This document shows, piece after piece, positions 14,143 through 25,990 of a stretch of DNA of 64,000 nucleotides. Origin of the DNA: Vicugna vicugna (taxonomy: Eukaryota). The first letter of the stretch is position 1, and each line of letters begins with the position of its first letter. The stretch is taken from NCBI GenBank assembly GCA_013265495.1, contig MU061579.1, forward strand, positions 2,787,319-2,851,318. Reading direction: 5' to 3'. A program made the translations under genes and the position numbers. The notes beneath the pieces were generated by a model, which searched no databases, was not told the origin of the DNA, and was given only the letters and a program-made list of their open reading frames with translations.

Positions 14143-15190
14143 CTATTAAGTGTCAAGGTTGCGAAAATTTCAGACTATTTCATTCCAATGCCCATGTTCT
14201 TTTTACTGCTGCAAAAAATTTAGATTTGATAAATTATTTTTTTTCACACAATTCTTTTCTCAATTTTTAAAAATTATTTTGATTCCATTCATTACAATTG
14301 ACATTGGATTGCCTGTAAAGAGTTTCAATTGGTAATATATCTGGAATGGAATCAAAATATAGTGGTGTTAGCTCTTAGGATTGGATGGCAAAATTCTAGT
14401 ATATTAACATCAACATCATTTGTAATATATGAGTATTCAAAAATATGAAATAAATTATAACTGAGAAATCTTATTTTTAAGAGGATGGGTCTGGGTAAAA
14501 AGGTAATGTTAGTGTCTGCAGTTCAGATCAAGTTAATATTTCTAGCATCTGGAGCTACATGTTAAACCTAATATAAGTGAACCTTAGGTGAGACTATGGA
14601 AGAAAATCAGAATTGTAAAGAAAACTCAGAGATGTTAATTTACTAAATATAGCAAAAGCATTTTTAGTAGAAATTTTCTTCTGTACAGATGATTATTTAA
14701 ATATAATGTCAAAGAGTCCAGATTTTACAACCTCACAATTAAAGTAGGTGATGCTAACACCTTTAGACTGGGTTCTTTGCTGATTAGCTATCAAAGTATT
14801 CCAAGAGATTCTCTTGTTTTAATCAATGGAAGAGCATGCAAAGGGTGGTATTATTTTACCTAGTTTACATGTGATTAACCTTTAAAAGAGAAATAGATAC
14901 AGGCTCAAGTATTTGCTTTCAAATTAACAAGCATTCATTTTTAAATCAAAGGAATTTCTTTGTTGGCAATATGAATGGAATATTTATTTCAAATAAAATT
15001 TCTTCTGTGGTTTTTATAACCACAACCACTACCAAAACAAAGTCCCTAAAAAGAAACAAAAATAAACATAAACGTATGAAATCATGGATTTGATGAACAA
15101 TTTCAGGATTCCTATAGAGTGGTCAGGTACAATACAAGACACACAGTTAAGTCTGAATTTCAGACAAAGACTGTATAATTTTTTAGTATA

Positions 15191-15561
15191 TGTTGTGAGC
15201 TAAATTGTGTTTCCCCCAAATTCATATGTTGAAGTCCTAACCCCTGATGCCTCCTAATGTGACTGTACTTGTAGATAGGGCCAGGAAAATGTAGGTAAGT
15301 TACAATGAGGTCATTAGGGTGGGCCAATATGACTGGAGTTCTTAGAAGAAGCGGAAATTTGGATGTAGACAGGTACAGAAGGACAACCACGTGCAGACAC
15401 AGGGAGGAGACAGCCATCTACACGCCCAGAAGACGAGACCTCAGAAGAAACCAATCCAGCTGCCCAATACCTGGCTCCAGAACTGTGAGAAGCTAAATTT
15501 CTGTCGTTTAAGCCACACTATCCATAGTGTTTTGTTTTGGCAGCCGTTAGAAACAAATACA
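15191..15561 (+). mobile_element. MaLR solo LTR (MLT1B-like)
   Basis: cccccaaattcatatgttgaagtcctaaccc..gaggtcattagggtgggcc..ccagaactgtgaga..aaataca; TSD gtata/gtgta. Confidence 0.9.
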
Positions 15562-16314
15562 GTGTATTTTATTTACTAAATTTTGCAGTCTTAATTACGA
15601 AAAGTTGTAACTGAACACAGTGAAGACAATATTTGTAAAAAAAAACCCAGGTAAGTACATTAGCTTTTAATTTATTGTCATTAACATTCATGCTTATAAT
15701 CTGTTCTCCAGATTCTAATCCCCTTTCGGGAAGGGGAGAACTCAGTGTTTTATATTTACTTATATTTTGTATTTACAATTACTTTAAAAAAATTCCATGA
15801 ACAAAATTCAACTGAACTTCCTATATTCAATACGTAAACAAATATAGCTCCATATTCTCTGAATATAGGCTAAAACCTTGTAAGACCTGTCTAACCTCAA
15901 AGTTCTGGGATTTTATGATATGGATGTGAATGAAAAAAAAATCTCACTTTTATTTATCTATTTGTCACACTGTTTCTTATTATTTTAAATTCATTCTTTT
16001 CCTGTTCACAATAAACTATTTTTTGAAGGAAACTTATAAAATGGAGGACAGAAGAAAGTAGAAAATAAAAACCATTGTTAATTCCACCAACTCAAAGACA
16101 ACTGTTTAAACATGTTTTTAATCATTGCCTTCTATTCATTTCATTGTATTTTACAAATGTTTTTTGTAAAAAGTTGTATTTTTATTAAGGTGTATGTAAA
16201 TATGTGTTTCTATAAGTGAATACATGTCCCCTTCAAACACCACCCCCCCAACACACACATATTATGTAGAACCATCTATAATAAGAGAATGAAAATCTTT
16301 ACAGCTTCACCTTC

Positions 16315-16620
16315 TGTGGTGGTCATTAGAATTCACTTCAGATTTCCAGCTGCAGGGAGAAAATTCACCGTGTGGTCCAGGAACTGGGCTCTGAATTTCA
16401 TCCCCTTATTGATGTGAGGATGTGATTCCCTCTGGCTGCTCTCAGCTGATGATTAAACATGGAAGAGATATGATGGCGAGGCAATTTCTGACCCATCTGA
16501 TCATGACCCCTTTGATGGGCACCTTTGGTTCAAGGACTCCCCAATGTCCTTGTTGAATGTTCCTTAAGACTACACTGCCACTAAGATGTTTCTACCCATC
16601 CTACTTTCTTCCCTCCTTCC
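16315..16620 (+). mobile_element. LTR16A-like ERVL LTR
   Basis: ggctgctctcagctgatgattaaacatgg..atttctg..gatgggca.ctttg..ggactccccaatg. Confidence 0.65.
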
Positions 16621-16764
16621 CTCCCCTCTCCCCATCTCTTTCCTTTTTTTTTCCCTTTTTCTTTTCTTCCTTCCTTCTCTCTTTCTCTCAGAGTCCTGTT
16701 TTCCAGAGGACCCTAACTATCACAGAAGTCACAGCTAAACTGCTTCAAAGATGTAGGCTTCTGA

Positions 16765-17510
16765 CTGGAAATACAAAGGTGAAGAAGACAGACAAAGTCC
16801 TTATAAAACTCCTCATATTCTAATTAAGAGACAGCCAAAAATGCACAAGTACATATAAATGTACCAAAAATATTAGGTAACAATATATGCAGTGGTGATA
16901 TTACAGTGATTGACTGGGAACTATTATAGATTGGATGGGTAAGGGAAAAAGCCTCAAAAAAGGTGACAGTTAAGAGCTAATAGAAGGAGCCAGTATAGTC
17001 AGCATTGTGAAAGTCAAGGGAAAAATCAGCGCAAAGACCATAAGGCAAAAACAAGATTGTCACAATAAAGACCAGAAAGTGAGGCAGAGAGAATTAAACT
17101 TAGAGATATAGACGGAAGCAGGACCAAGGAAGTCTTTATAAAACAGGGTATGATATTTGGACTTAACCAGGACAGTGCGTCTGGGCATGTCATGAGATCA
17201 TTGAAGGATTTTGAGAAAGGGAGTTTTAGGAGATGATTTATGTTTAAAAAGTCCATGTTATCTGAAAAGAGATAATTAGAGGTAAGAGGAATACTGAAAC
17301 AAAAATCAGAAGGCTATTCTAATACTCTAGAAAAGAAATGAAGGTGATTTCACCTGTAGCAACAGAGAAAGTGAAAAATGGACTAGTTTAGGGTTAGTTT
17401 TGGAAAGAACCTGCTAATGGACTGGATATAAAGAGTGGAGAAAAGAGAGGTACCACCTAACCACGCTTAGGTTTGGTTTTTCAAAACTGATGAATAGAGG
17501 TCTCGCTTAT
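16765..17510 (-). mobile_element. L2 fragment
   Basis: atacaaaggtgaagaagacagacaaagtcc..aggtgaca..cattgaaggattttgag..atttatgtttaaaaag..tggactggatat. Confidence 0.75.
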
Positions 17511-17519
17511 AGCAACAAG

Positions 17520-17953
17520 TGTGGGTAATACATGCATATACTGTGGACATATTTTCCCACCTTGATACACAAGGAGCTATATATTTGTGCCCAGGCACAT
17601 GGTCTGTGGCAGGGCTAGACTGCTACCCAAGAAGATGTTTATCAGTGAAAGGGCCTCATAGCAGGAGAGGTGATGCTTGTCCATGCTGGGTTGGAGCCAA
17701 CATAAGAGTAGTCCAGGGTACCCTGGCATTAAGAGCAACCTCAGGGCTTAAGAAAACATGGCTGGATTGGCAGAATGGCTGGCATTGAAATACATTTGTG
17801 AAATTGGCATTAGTGGAGATGCTCCTGAATGTACAGCTTGCTCTCCCTCACCAGCATTAGCCAAGAGCAAATCTTTCAACCACAGGGAACGCAGACTCAG
17901 CATGGAGTAAAGACTGAATGGTGGGAAGGAAGGGGATGGCTTCACTCATCACA
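17520..17953 (-). mobile_element. Unassigned old LTR-like element
   Basis: GC-richer 434-bp block bounded by TGTG...CACA with weak 5-bp flanks acaag/acatc; family not recognised. Confidence 0.3.
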
Positions 17954-19394
17954 ACATCTCTAAACATAGCATAATATATATAGTCAACCATATGTAATAA
18001 ACATAGCATTAAATAAACTATTACATATGCTAGATCCCAAAGCACCTTCTCCTTTTAATATATTAGATTTATAAAATAAGAACTTTTATTATGACCTGGT
18101 TAAAACAATTCATCAGCTGTTACCCAGAGAAGTAATTTGCAGAGTACTGTTAATAGTTATTACCTGGACATGGGCAAACTTAGTCATATGAAGCCCATTT
18201 CTATGTACTCAACCATCAGCTGCACTGGACTGTTTGCATTGCTATCACCACATGCATGTTTTAATTGAAATTACTAAAACCCAACGTTACTTTAAGTGTT
18301 TTCAAAGACTCACAGCACAGTGCAGCTTTAGAAGAAGTATGGACGTGGAGAGGACCATCACAAAGCAAGCAATGCAACTTAAGGCTGCAGACATTTTTAA
18401 GTCTTTCTTATCAGATCCCGGAAAAATCATGTCTAAAAGGCCATGTTTGTAGGTCTGGCAAAAGCATGATTCTTATAGTGAATATCTGTTAAAAACTTCT
18501 GGATGACTCTCAACACAGATGTTTAACATTTCATAATGTGTAGCTCAATTAACAGAATAAATGGAAACTCTTATGTTTCACCAAAGAGGAAATGCAGACA
18601 AAATCCTAGAATCGCTCATATACTTTGAAAATATGCTGTGAATTAAAAAAAAAACATAAAATAAAGAATTCAAGGACCTGAACATAGTATAGGAAATAAA
18701 ACCTGTCACAGTGAAATCTCCAGTAATTCAGAAGACTAACAAAACTTAAGAACTGGAATAAAACTTAGACTTGATTTTATTGTTATACTTAAAGGGAGAA
18801 GTTTTGCATAATAGTAGATAAAGATATTCTATTGTTATCTAGGAAATTTTTGATGAAGTAAGGTATATTGCATATACTATTTCCATTATTACAGAATAAG
18901 AACTATTTACACAAAATTAAAATATTACTATTTACACACAAAAAATATTGTTTAAAAATAATGGACTCTACAATACCTAAAATTTAAAGAAGAATGATAA
19001 TTCTGGAGCTAGCAAATCTATAGCTAAATCCTTGTGTGATTTGGGCAAGAGATTTCATCTTTCTGATCCTTTGTTTCTGCATCTGTACCTTCGAGATGGC
19101 TATTCCATAGACTGATGAATGAAATTTGTGAACTCAAACACTGACACATTATACAGTTAGAAAACAGCCTTTTCGTAGTGACTAAAACATTTCCATGTAT
19201 TACTCTTACAAAGTAGCTAGAAAGTAGTGTCATTTTCTTATTGATATTTATCTATGTAATAAAGCAATCTTTTATTAATAAAAATGTTTTTCATGAAATA
19301 TAATAAAGTTATTTTCTTTTTAAATTAAAAAGAAGTAGCCTGTAACCTTTTTACTCTTTCTGAAATAGCACTTTGACTAAATGGTTTATTTTCT

Positions 19395-19792
19395 CTTTAT
19401 GCTGCCTTTCTCATTTTATATATTTCCAGCATTTCCCTGTAATCATATTCATTAAAACGTGATTATAAAGGCTACAGAGTACTCTGTTACATAGATGTGA
19501 GATAACATGCATAAATATTGTCTTGATGTTGGACATATATACTGCTTTTAATATTCGCTCTTATTAATAATGCTGCAGTAAATGTTGGTACACATAAATA
19601 TGTGTGTGTAAATGTTTAATTCCTTGGGAAAATTAACAGGAATATTCTTATTGTATAAAAATATATGAATATTTAAAAGACTTTTGAAACATATTGCCAC
19701 ATTTCCAACAGAAAGTTTATGGAGTTTACAATCCCACCAGTCCTATCTAGGGGGATCTCTTTCAGTGCACCCTCATCATGTTAGTATTATTA
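19395..19792 (-). mobile_element. L1ME-type 3' region
   Basis: tgttggacat..ataatgctgcagtaaat..atattgcca..tttacaatcccaccag. Confidence 0.65.
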
Positions 19793-20156
19793 ACTGTTAC
19801 CTTAAACATACCATTAAAATTCTCTAATTTTCTTATTTGTAAGATGAAATATGTACCACTTACTACAGTATAGTTACTATGGGCTTTATATGAAGTAATA
19901 AACTAATAATACATCATTACCCTCTGCTCTTTCTGCTACATGCCTCTTCTCTTTTGGAGACCTGATCTATTTCAACGGTTCCACACAGCCCCTTTTTCCC
20001 TCTGCTGATGATTCCCAAGTCTCTCATTGGAACCCTTCTCTGATCACTTGAAATTGCTTCCTGGATATGTTCTTCTGTGCATTTCATGGTCACACAGAAT
20101 CCTAAAACCCAATTATATCCAATGCATATTCTTTTTCTCACTCAATATTTATGGTT

Positions 20157-20765
20157 TGTGGGAGCCCATGATTGGGTTAACAAATTGTAACAATCCCAGC
20201 CACTTATCTCCTTGAAGATGTGCTTAGTAACTGCCTTGAGGTTTTAGCAATGACCCAGGCCCCCAGCTATAAATGCTGGGCGTGCCTGCTGTTAGTCTTC
20301 TATTCCCAAAACCACCTTGGGCTGGAATGGTAAACAACTTATAAAAAGCTGCAGACTCAGAGGTGAGAAGGCTGGTTAGCCAATGACGGGTAGGATGATC
20401 CCCTGAGGGGGGCAACCTAAGACAGGCACAGCCGCCTGAGTCCAAGAAAAATGTTGTTATGCAGCTGATTCTCATGCGTTCCACCCTGATAAGCTGAAAG
20501 GCTCATCAGGAACATGATTCACCAAAAGGGACTTCTGACCTTGAGCCAAACACCAACAATAAACAAAGCCTTTGTACTCAATGTGATCCCACCCTGTCCT
20601 TCCCTAAATTCCTGCATTCCTCCTTTGACTGTGCTCAATAAATATGAGAGATCTGAGAGGCTCATTGAGTTGGCTCCTGACTCCCTCTCACTCTCTTGAC
20701 TTTTTCCACCGAGTCTTGAGTAATTCATTCCATCTCGGTGGGACTTCTGCCGGCCAGAACCCACA
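20157..20765 (+). mobile_element. Young ERV2 (betaretrovirus-like) solo LTR, 609 bp
   Basis: Inverted termini TGTGGG...CCCACA; perfect 6-bp TSD ATGGTT (20151-20156, 20766-20771); TATA-like boxes at 20268 and 20340; AATAAA at 20558 and 20637. Confidence 0.92.
20354..20442 (+). promoter_or_regulatory. CTE-like RNA export hairpin (single NXF1/TAP-binding loop) inside the LTR
   Basis: AGCCAATGACGGGTA (20378-20392) and CAACCTAAGACAGGCACAGCC (20413-20433) match the two conserved MPMV/SRV CTE motifs as recalled; closing stems GGCTG/CAGCC and GACTCAG/CTGAGTC. Confidence 0.8.
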
Positions 20766-23044
20766 ATGGTTTATCTTTTGAAATGTTTCTCATATGTTCT
20801 TGTAGAGTCCCGTTGTCACTAACATTGTCCAGGGTTTTATGGACTCATGTTTGGATGTGGCAGTACTTTTCTAGTGAGCAACCATAGTTCATTCCATTTC
20901 CATTTATTTATAGCTTTCATTTATTTATACGTTACTGATCCAAAAAAAAAAAAGATGTGTATTATTTTATCCCTCAGATAAAATAAAATCACAAGATATA
21001 AGTAAGGACAAGTGTGAAATAATGAATAGTTTGGGGTATTATATATTTTTTTCCCCAAAAAATCTAGGCTAAGTGAAACTTCTAGTTCTGAGAACAGCAT
21101 TTAGCTTTGAGTTATCTCCCAGACTCAAAAATCTTCCAATTCACTCTGCACATATCTTCAGGAAAGAAAACTCACAGAAATGTTGTAAGTAGTATTTCTT
21201 TAAACTACTGCTTTCATTGTTTTGCTCCCCAGGGTAAAAATCTTCAGTGACTTCCTTATCCTATCACAGGAGGCTAATTCATCTGATTTTAAAACTTTAA
21301 AAAGTTTGATTTCATGTAATATATCTTAGTTTCCCACATAAAACCATCACTGTCTAGTCTTGCCAATTTTCCCAGCATCTCATGAGATTACCATAGAATT
21401 TCATGCTTTCTTTTATTTAATTTGTTACTCACTCTGAACTCCTTTTACCTCCACTTTTTTTTCAACTTTTTAAATTTCAACATAATTCTAAGTTTGTTCT
21501 AGTCTCACCATCTCTGCAAAAAATATTGACTCTTGAAGCCTCCATTGATTCCTTTCTCCTGTTTGACGATCCATTAGGCATTTTTGAGGATCTATTCATC
21601 ATAATCTAAATTCCTGATATATATAACAGCAAACCAAACATGGTTTCTGCAAGTCACATATTCTATTGAATATATATATTTTGTATGTGACATAGTATGT
21701 ATACAAATTCAAGATATATGAGAACATATATGTTCAAACATTCAAAAATACATAAAAATACAAAATATATAAAATTTATAAGCCATAATTTAGAAACATA
21801 AATTACAAAGACTAAGTAGTATGATGGCTTAGAATAGAGATATCTTAACTATTCTTGGGACCCAGATAGATCTTTCTTAAGGGTCTGACTTTTTAATTTT
21901 TTGCCCCAGCACTGGCTTTTGAGCTATCAAAACTTTTGTGTCTCGTGGCATTTAGACACAGTTCAGACTACAAAATAAGTGCTTAATAAATCTCACTTAT
22001 AATGTGTTTATTATAAAAATGCATGTATTTCCATTTCAAATTTTTTAGAAACTAAAGGTACTTTTAGAACTAAAACAATTCAGATAACAGTGGGATTCAC
22101 ACTTCTGAAAAGGTTAGCTTCTGAGGTGTGAAATTTGTGAAACTTACACATGTAAAATGATGGTTCTCAGAGGATTCAACTGTACAAAGAAAGAATTACA
22201 CTTTATAGGGGAGGCATGGACTGATTCTCTGGAAGGACTTAGGCACAGTCATTGGAAATGCAGAGTGTACATCTCACTTTAATTTGGATCAATTAAGATA
22301 CTAGGAGACTGATAAACATGATAGTTTTGAAGATGGAGGCCTGAGCTGGTTAACAGGTGACCAGAATGCTTAATAAGTTAGAAAAAGGACATCTCAGTTT
22401 GTTGGAAACAATCAAGTTTGAAATTACAAAATTAACGGAAAGAGGTGAGAGAGATTACAAAGCTGAATTAGGCAAGGGTAAGCAGTATAAAAAGTCCCAA
22501 GGAGTAACAACACTAATAAAGTGAAAAGATAACAAAAATGGTTAAAGAGTACTACTCTGAATTAAAATAAAAAAGAAAGACGTTTCTAAATTTATAACAC
22601 TTTATATAATTCAGTGCATTCTGTTAAGAAATACTATTGGTTAATTTAAATGATGAAGAACTATAATTAAGACAGATTATTAAAAATTATTGGTGTTCAG
22701 CTTTTGAAGTGACCACACTTTATAAGTGTATTATGAAATACTGGCTCTGTTAGAACCTGTAAATAAAAAGAATTCCTGATTAATAGAAACAGCCATATAT
22801 TAAAAATGGAAAGAGAAGCAATTGTTGATAATAGAACAAATGATAAAAGTAACAATTTCATTACATATTCTGGAAAAGATTAATCAGTCAAGATGTATTG
22901 ATGGAAATGTGTGTGGGTCAGAATGCAGATTACAGAAATTTGTGCCATGTTGTCATAAAAGGAGAGAACTTTTCTATCTAAGGTTCAATTTTAAATTAAT
23001 TCTTAAGACTTGAGAATTTGAGGATAGCATTAAAATGTGTGTAT

Positions 23045-24020
23045 GCCTATATCTAGCACATATAAAGACATATTAAATCTCAATAATTATAAAAGAAATA
23101 ACTCAGTTAAAAATAAGCAAAGTATCTAAATAGACACTTCTTTAAATAAGATACACAAATGTCTAAAAAGCATGTGAAGAGATGCTTAGTATCATTAGCC
23201 TTCAGGGAAATGCCAATCAAAGCTGAATGTGACAGTACTTTATACCCAGTGTGACAGCTACAGCAGAAAAGGTTGATGATTGCATGTGCTGGCCAGGATG
23301 TGGAGAAATGGAATCTCTCACACACTACTGGTAGGAATGTAAAATGGTGCAGCCATGTTGGAAGACATTCTGGCAGTTCCTCAAATGATTAAACTTTACA
23401 ACCCAGGAATTCCACTGCTAGGCACATACAAGACCAGTGCTCTAACCACTGAGCTATGGAAGCCTGCTTGCTAGACATATAGACCCAAGAGAAATGAAAA
23501 CATGTTCTGGCAAAAAATTCCACATTCATTGTGATACTCACAGCATTCTTATTCAGACTAGCCAAAAAGTGGAAAGAAACCAAGTGTCTATCAGCCAATG
23601 AAAGAACGCATAAGATATGTATGCCCATATAAAAGAATAGTGTTTGGCAAAAGAAAGAAAAAAGATAAAAGAAATGAAGTACTGATATATGCTACAACAT
23701 GGATGAATCCTGAAAATATTGTTCTTTGTGAAAAAAATCCAGTCACAAAGAACTGCATATTGTATAATTCCACTTACATGAAAGGTTCAAAATAGGAGAA
23801 TCCATATATAGAGACAGAAAGTAGGTTAATGGGTTGCCTAGGGCTCGGGAAGATGAAGGGTTGTGGAGAAATAGCTAGGAGTTTTTGGAGGGTAAAGATA
23901 ATGCTCTAAATTGATTATGGTCATGGATGCACAACTCTGTGAATGAACTAAAATCACTGAAATGTACAAATTAAGTGTGTAAGTTGTATAGTACGTGAAA
24001 TATCTGAAAGTAGTTAAATA
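23045..24020 (+). mobile_element. L1MB-type (L1MB7/8-like) ORF2 end and 3' UTR
   Basis: aatagacacttct..gatacacaaatg..ggaatgtaaaatggtgcagcca..gctacaacatggatgaa..tgcacaactctgtgaat. Confidence 0.88.
23427..23464 (-). pseudogene. Tailless 5'-half tRNA-Thr(UGU) retropseudogene inserted in L1MB
   Basis: Minus strand reads GGCT(T)CCATAGCTCAGTGGTTAGAGCACTGGTCTTGTA, i.e. nt 1-37 of mammalian tRNA-Thr-TGT as recalled; degenerate TSD tgctaggcacata (23416-23428) and tgctagacatata (23469-23481). Confidence 0.88.
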
Positions 24021-24485
24021 CTGTGTTTGCATGAATAAAAGGAATTACATCCCAAAATAATTGTATCCCACGAGAATTGATATATGAAACTTTACAATTT
24101 AGAGTACACTTTTTACATAACATCACAGAAAATGATAATCAGAAAAGGACTAACAATTGTGTCACTCCAAATAGAAACAATAAGATTAAAACGGCTTTGC
24201 AGGAGCCCAGTCAGTTTAATCATAAGCAGAATAAGAAATACCAACTTCAAAGCAGTATTTCAGACTGAGTGAAGTAGTGCAGGTTTTAAAACTGATCATG
24301 TTATTCTTGTGAAGTTCTCGGGATTCTGAGAAACGTAGTTCAATGTGTTGAGTTTACCCAGACAGAGGTGATTCTCATTTTTCATACTGAAAATCTGTAC
24401 CTTGGAATTTTAGGCACACACAAATGATGGGCAATATTCTTTTAATAAAGCAAGCCAGCAAGCCAGCAAACCAGCACTTTGCATA

Positions 24486-24520
24486 TGTGTGTGTGTGTGT
24501 GTGTGTGCACGTGCGCGTGT
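24486..24520. repeat. (TG)n microsatellite with purine-pyrimidine extension
   Basis: Seen directly. Confidence 0.9.
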
Positions 24521-25239
24521 TTAATAACCTTAATTCTAGCTTACAAAAAGAGCATTTTAAAAAATTTCTGGCTTCAGCTACTCAGTTCTAAATGTTTTAT
24601 TTTTAAAAAGTGTAGTTCTTCTGCTGTGGAGAGTAATGGCCACTTTCAAGGCTGTTTTTGGCTTTTTTGTTTTTAATTTGTCAAGTGAAAAAAGGGCGAT
24701 CTTGCTAAGCATTTAATGGAATGTAGAATTTCTCTTCCATTTTGAATCAGTAAAATAACAAAGTGAAGCATGTTCTTCATAACCTTGAATCACTGTTAAT
24801 CAAGTCTAAGTCTCTGATTTTTTTAAATAGAATTATTCTCTGCTTGTGATTAGGATTGTTTTAAGGTACCAAAGGACACTGGTCCTCATACCTTCCTGAA
24901 TAAATAATTCTATTATTGGTCACTCTCCATAAAAAAATGTATGTTTACCATGTTTTCTTTTTTCCCCTTCTATTCCTTTGGTTGATTTGAAAATTTCAGA
25001 TTCCACATCTATTCTTTCTAGAAGTTGCTTGTATCTTTAATATACAAATTTCAACTTCTTAAAAATAATTTGGAATTAATCATATTAGAAATCAACAGAC
25101 TTTGAATAATTTTCCATCTCACTGGCATCCATCAATATGTATTTATATCAGTTGTAAGTTCATACATATATAATTCATAAATTCAATTTACTATTTAACA
25201 TTTAGAATTGAAATGTATTTTAATTTTATTTTTATGTAA

Positions 25240-25990
25240 CACTTTGAGAATATTTTCTCACTTCTCCAGTATCAAATATTTCTGATAAAAATATGACAGA
25301 AGTAGTCTCATTTTCATTCCATTGTTGGTGGTTTGTCTTTAACTCTCATAAGTATTAGAATTTTATCGTTAGTCTCAATGTTTATGAGATTTACTGCAGT
25401 GTGTCAGTGTGTATGTTTTTTATTTTTCCTTTTTTCCTTCTGCTCAATTCCATTCAAAATTTATTGAGTTTTCTTGTAGGGAAAAATCTCCATTTTTTCA
25501 GTTCTAGAAAATTCTTAACTATGTATATTTATTCCCATATTTTTTGCACTTTTCTTCTGAAAGTCTTACCAGATAGCTGTTGCTACTCTGGCTTATTAGA
25601 CATCACTTAATTTCATCTGTAGATATATCTGCACTGCATTCTGGGAGAATTCCTCAGCTTGATCATTAGTTATCAATTTTCTCATTAATGGTGTTCATTC
25701 AGCTAACTTGCCTCATATTTTTAAATTATTTCAGAAGTTATACTTTATTTTCAAGACCTCTATAGCTTATCATATTGTTCCTTTTTATTTTTTCATACTT
25801 CTAAGTTTTTATTTCTAATATGCATTTATTGATTCAAGATAATTCCTTCTTTGGTCTTTCTGAATCTTTGTTTGAAAAACTTGTCCAGATTATTATATTA
25901 AGTATTTTTCTTTGAATGTAAGTTCTTCCATTTGTTGAATATGTTTTTTTCCTCCATTTCATTGTTGATCTTCCTCAAGTGTTTGTCAGG
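25240..25990 (-). mobile_element. Ancient HAL1/L1ME ORF1-region relic
   Basis: T-rich antisense ORF1 motifs: tctcattttcattcc..ttcagttctagaaaattct..ctgcattctgggagaattcctcag. Confidence 0.55.

Larger units (their letters stand above)
19925..21560 (+). mobile_element. Fragmented L2, interrupted by the ERV2 LTR
   Basis: tgctgatgattcccaagtctc before the LTR; aaaaatcttcagtgacttcctt and related L2 motifs after it. Confidence 0.5.

Noticed and set aside
15640..15660. Strong donor CAG|GTAAGT (similar one near 9179)
   Set aside because: No convincing upstream acceptor or open exon; isolated motifs are expected by chance.
23427..23464. Functional tRNA-Thr gene
   Set aside because: Lacks the 3' half, B box and acceptor-stem partner; it is a retroposed fragment.
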